Assembly: GCF_000020025.1 (NCBI RefSeq)
Contig: NC_010628.1
Coordinates: forward strand, 7,800,001-7,832,000
Direction: 5' to 3'
Length of the DNA stretch: 32,000 nt
From: Nostoc punctiforme PCC 73102
Lineage (GTDB): Bacteria > Cyanobacteriota > Cyanobacteriia > Cyanobacteriales > Nostocaceae
Position 1 is the first letter of the stretch; each line of letters opens with the position of its first letter. The notes below the pieces were generated by a model, which did no database searches, was not told where the DNA came from, and worked only from the letters and a program-made list of their open reading frames with translations. A program made the position numbers and the translations under genes. Positions 27,850-32,000 of the stretch are shown piece by piece.

Positions 27850-28332
27850 ATGTCTGACATTAAAAAACTGGGTTCATCATGGATCATAAATTGGTTTTTT
27901 GGTTTTAACCAGATTCCTACAAACGAAGATAGCAGCATTTATATGAAATCTGTTTTAACTTGTGCTAAAGCAGATGGAGTTATCTCACCAGAAGAAAAGG
28001 ATTGGGCACTTGGATTCTGTGCATCTTGGGGAGTAGCAGACTGGGTGATCGAAGATCTAAAAACTTATGAAGCTGATGAAGCTCTAGAAGAAGTAATTGC
28101 TCGCTCTCCTCAAGTATCTATGGCACAAAGAGATATACTTCTGTCTGCAATTTGGGTTTCTGCTGCCGATGGAGAACTTCATGAAAAGGAAAAAGCAAAA
28201 ATTCGGAAAATGGCTACTATTTTAGGGATAAAAGAAGAAATAGTAGACCAGTTGGAGCAGCTACAACAAGAAGAAGCAGCACTACGACAGAAACGCCTTA
28301 ACCTCTTATATCCTCAGAAAAGCCCCTATTAA
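27850..28332 (+). CDS. TerB-like (tellurite-resistance TerB fold) small protein, paralog 1
   Basis: Two TerB-style repeats, CAKADGVISPEEKDW and VSAADGELHEKEKAKI. It is a paralog of 31209-31703. Confidence 0.65.
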   Translation: MSDIKKLGSSWIINWFFGFNQIPTNEDSSIYMKSVLTCAKADGVISPEEKDWALGFCASWGVADWVIEDLKTYEADEALEEVIARSPQVSMAQRDILLSAIWVSAADGELHEKEKAKIRKMATILGIKEEIVDQLEQLQQEEAALRQKRLNLLYPQKSPY

Positions 28333-28443
28333 TTAATCATCTGGCGTTGCTGATTGCAATATGAATATTGGTGTAGAGATGCTTCACAGAAGATTTGAAT
28401 ACCTGAATTCAGCAATGCCATTTTCTCTTGATTGAGAATTTTT

Positions 28444-29487
28444 ATGTTTCAAACTCAATTACAACATCCTACAAGTAAAGACGAAATGCAGACTACACAA
28501 ACATTAAAACAAATTATCGCTGGTGCTTGGATTACGCAAGGTATTTATGTAGTTGCTCAACTTGGTATTGCAGATTTACTTAAGGATGGTTCTAAAAGTT
28601 ACGATGAATTAGCAACAAAAACTGGTGTAGATGCCCGATCCCTCTACCGACTACTACGCGCCCTTGCCAGTGTTGGTATATTTGCTGAAGGTAATTCAGG
28701 CTACTTTGAGTTAACACCCGTTGCCGAAAGTTTGCAAAGCGATCGCACCGATTCCCTACGTGGTTATGCTATCAAGTCTGGTCAAGCCTGGGAATGGCAA
28801 CCTTGGGGACATCTACTTGAAAGTATCAAAACCGGAAAACCTGTATTCAAAAATATTTTCGGGATGGAGAGATTTGATTACCTAGCCACAGACCCTTCTG
28901 CATCTAAAATATACACCCAAGCTATAAGTAGTATTTCTGGCGAACAAGATGCAGCGATCGCAGCTGGTTATGACTTCTCATTCATCCACAACTTAGTTGA
29001 GGTTGGAGGTGGAAATGGTACTTTGATAGCCTCGATTCTCAAATCGAATTTGACAATGCAGGGGATTTTATTTGATTTACCCCATGTAGTTGCAGATGCC
29101 AAACCTGTGATTGAAGACCTGGAACTACAAGATCGTTGTCAACTAGTCGGTGGGAACTTCTTTGAATCAGTACCCACAAGTGGAGATGCTTACTTGCTAC
29201 GGTATATTATTCACGATTGGGATGATGAAAGAGCGATCGCCATCCTGAAAAATTGCTACCAAGCGATGCAGCCTGACGGCAGATTGCTGCTAGTCGAAAT
29301 GGTTATACCTCAAGGCAACGAACCATTCTTTGGCAAACTCCTCGACTTGCAGATGCTCGTGAATTATGGCGGCCGTGAACGGACTCAAGCTGAGTATCAA
29401 GTCCTATTAAAAACAGCAGGTTTCTCATTGACAAAAATTTATCCAGTAGCACCTCCAATCAGCATAATTGAGGCTATTCGCCTATGA
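28444..29487 (+). CDS. Class I SAM-dependent O-methyltransferase (COMT/Methyltransf_2 type with an N-terminal dimerisation domain)
   Basis: A winged-helix dimerisation region (GIADLL...LYRLLRALASVGIF), SAM motif LVEVGGGNG, DLPHVV, and a C-terminal GRERTQAEY. ATG 28444 is preferred over the listed TTG 28432. Confidence 0.85.
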   Translation: MFQTQLQHPTSKDEMQTTQTLKQIIAGAWITQGIYVVAQLGIADLLKDGSKSYDELATKTGVDARSLYRLLRALASVGIFAEGNSGYFELTPVAESLQSDRTDSLRGYAIKSGQAWEWQPWGHLLESIKTGKPVFKNIFGMERFDYLATDPSASKIYTQAISSISGEQDAAIAAGYDFSFIHNLVEVGGGNGTLIASILKSNLTMQGILFDLPHVVADAKPVIEDLELQDRCQLVGGNFFESVPTSGDAYLLRYIIHDWDDERAIAILKNCYQAMQPDGRLLLVEMVIPQGNEPFFGKLLDLQMLVNYGGRERTQAEYQVLLKTAGFSLTKIYPVAPPISIIEAIRL

Positions 29488-29600
29488 AACGGAACAGGGA
29501 ACGGGCAACAGACAACAGGAAAACAAGTCTCCGTTCCCGCCACCAAGAGGCTTGGTAAATCATTTTTTGACACAACACTCATAGTTTTAAGGTAAATACC

Positions 29601-30776
29601 ATGAAGCAAAATTTGATTGAAACTTTACTAGACATTTCAGAACAGGAAAAAGAGCGGCTTTTAGCAGCCATCCAAATTGATGCTATTACTGAAAGTCCAT
29701 ATCTAGAAAAGGAATCAACAGAATCACAAGAGTACAGACAATTTTTCCAATCACTCTTCCAAGAGATACTTCATTTTGAAGATAACGAGCAGCAATTACT
29801 TTTTGAAATAGCAAGATATGTGCGTCATAAGTATTTGGAAAATAAAGGAAATTTAAGAGGTGTGATTGAGATTACTAATGCTTGCGAAAGGAGTTGTAAT
29901 TATTGTCCAATGAGAATTGAAAATGAAGAATTAGGAGATCGTTACAATTTTTCTAGCGAAAAAATATTAGAAACCGCCATAGAAATCAAAGAAGCAAAAA
30001 TTCCCATTGTATTCATTCAAGCAGGTGAAATTAAAGCAACGACTAAAACCGTATCTAGAGCCATACCTAAAATTAGACAACTTTTTGAGAATAACGTCAT
30101 AATCCTTCTAAATCTTGGTGATAAACCTAAAGAAGATTACACAATACTCAAAGAAGCTGGCGCAAATCAATACATTATTAAATTTGAAACGAGCAATTGG
30201 AATTTACACAAACAAGCTAGAGGATACCTCTTATCCGATCGCCTCAATAGAATCGATGATCTATTAAGTTTAGGATATGAGGTGGGAAGCGGAACAATTG
30301 TCGGTTTAAAAGCAGTAAATGCCAATGGGAAAATCGAAATTGAACAAACTCCAAAGATGCTGGCGAACGATCTCCTACTTGCCATGAGGAAAAAAGTTCA
30401 TATGTGTAGTGCGTCTCCTTTTGTACCTGGTAAAGGTACTCCACTAGCTCAAATGAGTGCGGGCAACGCTAGTATGACTTTAAATTGGATGGCTTTAGCC
30501 AGAATTATGATGCCAAAAGTTATGATACCTAGTGTAAGTGCTCTTAATGTTTTATTAGGACAAGATGGTCAGTTAAAAGGACTGCAAGCAGGGGCAAATA
30601 CGATCACCGTGAATTTTACCCCTCCCAACTATCAAGACCAGTATGCTATTTACAGTAAACAAAAACGGTACAAAGTCAAATACGAATATGCTTTAGATAT
30701 TATGGAAAAAGCAGGTATCGAGCCAATTTTATTGCCTAACATGCCTAGCCGGAGTTTTTTACTCTCTCAAAATTAG
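29601..30776 (+). CDS. HydE/PylB-like radical SAM enzyme with a ~60-aa N-terminal extension
   Basis: CERSCNYC (CX3CX2C, nt 29883-29906). From memory it is collinear with Thermotoga HydE blocks: IEITNAC..C.YC, IQAGE, EAGANQYIIKFETSN, LGYEVGSGTIVGL, SPFVPGKGTPLA, ALARIMMP and GANTITVNFTP. Confidence 0.8.
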   Translation: MKQNLIETLLDISEQEKERLLAAIQIDAITESPYLEKESTESQEYRQFFQSLFQEILHFEDNEQQLLFEIARYVRHKYLENKGNLRGVIEITNACERSCNYCPMRIENEELGDRYNFSSEKILETAIEIKEAKIPIVFIQAGEIKATTKTVSRAIPKIRQLFENNVIILLNLGDKPKEDYTILKEAGANQYIIKFETSNWNLHKQARGYLLSDRLNRIDDLLSLGYEVGSGTIVGLKAVNANGKIEIEQTPKMLANDLLLAMRKKVHMCSASPFVPGKGTPLAQMSAGNASMTLNWMALARIMMPKVMIPSVSALNVLLGQDGQLKGLQAGANTITVNFTPPNYQDQYAIYSKQKRYKVKYEYALDIMEKAGIEPILLPNMPSRSFLLSQN

Positions 30777-30799
30777 AACTTCCCACTGCTTAAAGAGGA

Positions 30800-30904
30800 C
30801 TTACGCAACTGAGGGAGAACTGAATGCGGTGGTTCAAGTCTCCCGATCAAGCGCAGCAATTATTAGCAGCAAAATTAGCCCTGTTCTGTCACTTTTCGGA
30901 TTAA
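30800..30904 (+). pseudogene. IS6-family-like transposase C-terminal remnant
   Basis: It translates to RGLTQLREN*MRWFKSPDQAQQLLAAKLALFCHFSD*. This resembles the conserved IS6-type C-terminus (..RER.MRRFKS...AQRFLS.....NHF) with an in-frame stop. No upstream transposase body is present. Confidence 0.4.
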
Positions 30905-31208
30905 GCCAGTAGTAAATAAAACCTTTTACCCAGAACAATAAAATTTTTTAAATTGATTCATTGCACTAATTAGATTATTGAATCCAAGCAATAAATTGAG
31001 CAGTGAATTAAGTTATATTTCTCTTAATAAATTAGCATTTATTTATCATCAAAAATAGCTTTTTAAATTTAAAGGCTATTGTATTTGAATGCATTTTTGA
31101 ACATTGAAATAATACAATAAATAAGATTTTTTTAATGTTCAACTATTAGCTTTTTATGCAATGATTAAATTTGTAAATTACAAAATTAAGTAATTTTAGG
31201 AAACAGCA

Positions 31209-31703
31209 ATGACGACAGATATCAAAAAGCAAGAAGATTTAGGCATTTCGTGGTTGTTCCAAGAACAGTTTGGTTTTTCACAGATTCCATTAAACCAATC
31301 TTATGAAGCTTACTTTAAATCGCTGCTTGTTTGTGCTAATGGCGATGGCACATTAGCAGATGCAGAAAGAGATTGGGTGATTGGATATGCCTCTGCCTAC
31401 AACCGCGATCCTGCAATTATCGAAAAACTCAAAGTTTACAAGGCTGATGAAGATCTAGAGACACTATTTAGTGGAGATCCTTTAATTATTGAAACACGCC
31501 GTTCCCTACTCCTTGATGCAATACAAGCTTGTGCTGCTGACGGCGAATATAGCGAAAAAGAACGGGCGGTAGTACTCAAAGGAGCAAAGGCACTCAATAT
31601 TTCTGAAGACGAGTTGAAAAAGATTGAAGAAATCTATTTTGAGACAGTCAAACTCCGTGAAAAACGTCTAGCAGTCCTGTATCCCAAAGGTTTACCTTAC
31701 TAA
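31209..31703 (+). CDS. TerB-like small protein, paralog 2
   Basis: It has CANGDGTLADAERDW and CAADGEYSEKERAV repeats. It shares the N-terminal FGF.QIP and the C-terminal LR.KRL..LYP...PY with 27850-28332. Confidence 0.65.
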   Translation: MTTDIKKQEDLGISWLFQEQFGFSQIPLNQSYEAYFKSLLVCANGDGTLADAERDWVIGYASAYNRDPAIIEKLKVYKADEDLETLFSGDPLIIETRRSLLLDAIQACAADGEYSEKERAVVLKGAKALNISEDELKKIEEIYFETVKLREKRLAVLYPKGLPY

Positions 31704-31793
31704 ATCAACTCTTATCTTACAAGAGATAAATTTAGTAAGTTGATTGTATTTCTCTCGGTTAGTAGTCCGCTCTATTAATTCTTTCGGGCTACC

Positions 31794-31841
31794 ATATCCC
31801 CGACTTCTTCAAGAATTCGGGGATATAACCGCCTTTTTTTT
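31794..31841 (+). terminator. Candidate intrinsic terminator after the second TerB-like gene
   Basis: A perfect 10-bp stem, ATATCCCCGA (31794-31803) with TCGGGGATAT (31817-31826), has a 13-nt loop and is followed 7 nt later by T8 (31834-31841). Confidence 0.55.
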
Positions 31842-32000
31842 GATACTTCTACCCAAAACGATGAATATAGTAATTATCCTGGGTGAAATCATATTTTTAA
31901 TAGTCATTTTCTCGCTATTTAACTGACTCATTGGCATAATCTTCAAGCAGGTCACTAAAGTTTCTTGACTGCAAGGAAAAACTGCAATTATCAGCTTCCT

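Noticed and set aside
29497-29538. Possible stem GGGAACGG / CCGTTCCC after the methyltransferase stop
   Set aside because: It has only 8 bp with a 26-nt loop and no adjacent U-tract, so it is not convincing as a terminator.
30826-30850. tRNA T-arm-like string GGTGGTTCAAGTCTCCC
   Set aside because: I could not build an acceptor, D or anticodon arm around it, and the T-stem itself has a mismatch. The segment is better explained as the coding remnant MRWFKSP of a transposase.
31744-31926. 60-aa + strand ORF after the second TerB-like gene
   Set aside because: It is TTG-initiated, runs straight through the terminator-like hairpin and the T8 tract, and has a low-complexity hydrophobic tail.
1-32000. 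Search for CRISPR arrays, rRNA, retron or RT-type elements and large tandem repeats
   Set aside because: No regularly spaced 25-40-nt repeats, no rRNA-like conserved blocks and no reverse-transcriptase motifs were seen on either strand.

Overview
The window looks like chromosomal DNA from a filamentous, Nostocales-type cyanobacterium. This is an inference from three things: many GCGATCGC (HIP1) octamers, roughly 40% GC by eye, and Nostoc-style dispersed hairpin repeats. Most of 5.4-24.1 kb is ordinary metabolism and transport: an RpaB-like response regulator, GST, an IMPase-family protein, PanE, a fused amino-acid ABC transporter, a P450, an FMN reductase, a formamidase, DUF4336, GNAT, PNPOx, DUF937 and a DUF697 GTPase. 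Two regions stand out. (1) 1-4461 holds a gene truncated at the window edge, translationally coupled (TAATG overlap) to a 1318-aa ORF. That ORF has a complete SF2 helicase motif set flanked by about 450 aa and 360 aa that I cannot assign, so it is a candidate defence or nucleic-acid-surveillance module whose upstream part lies outside the window. (2) 24661-31703 holds a same-strand, AT-rich-flanked cluster: a 4CL-like adenylation/carrier/thioester-reductase (A-T-R) enzyme, a TerB-like protein, a COMT-type O-methyltransferase, a HydE-like radical SAM enzyme, an IS6-like transposase remnant and a second TerB-like paralog. This is a candidate uncharacterised small-molecule pathway. It is notable because cyanobacteria are not known to have [FeFe]-hydrogenases, the usual context for HydE. 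Smaller items are a UPF0175/DUF3368 toxin-antitoxin pair next to an orphan PD-(D/E)xK-like gene, a histidine kinase whose sensor domain appears deleted with a frameshift exactly at a HIP1 site, an approximately 55-nt direct repeat pair upstream of the GTPase gene, and an unlisted 58-codon hydrophobic ORF. I found no rRNA, convincing tRNA or CRISPR array. All functional calls come from motif and family recognition by eye; no searches were run.
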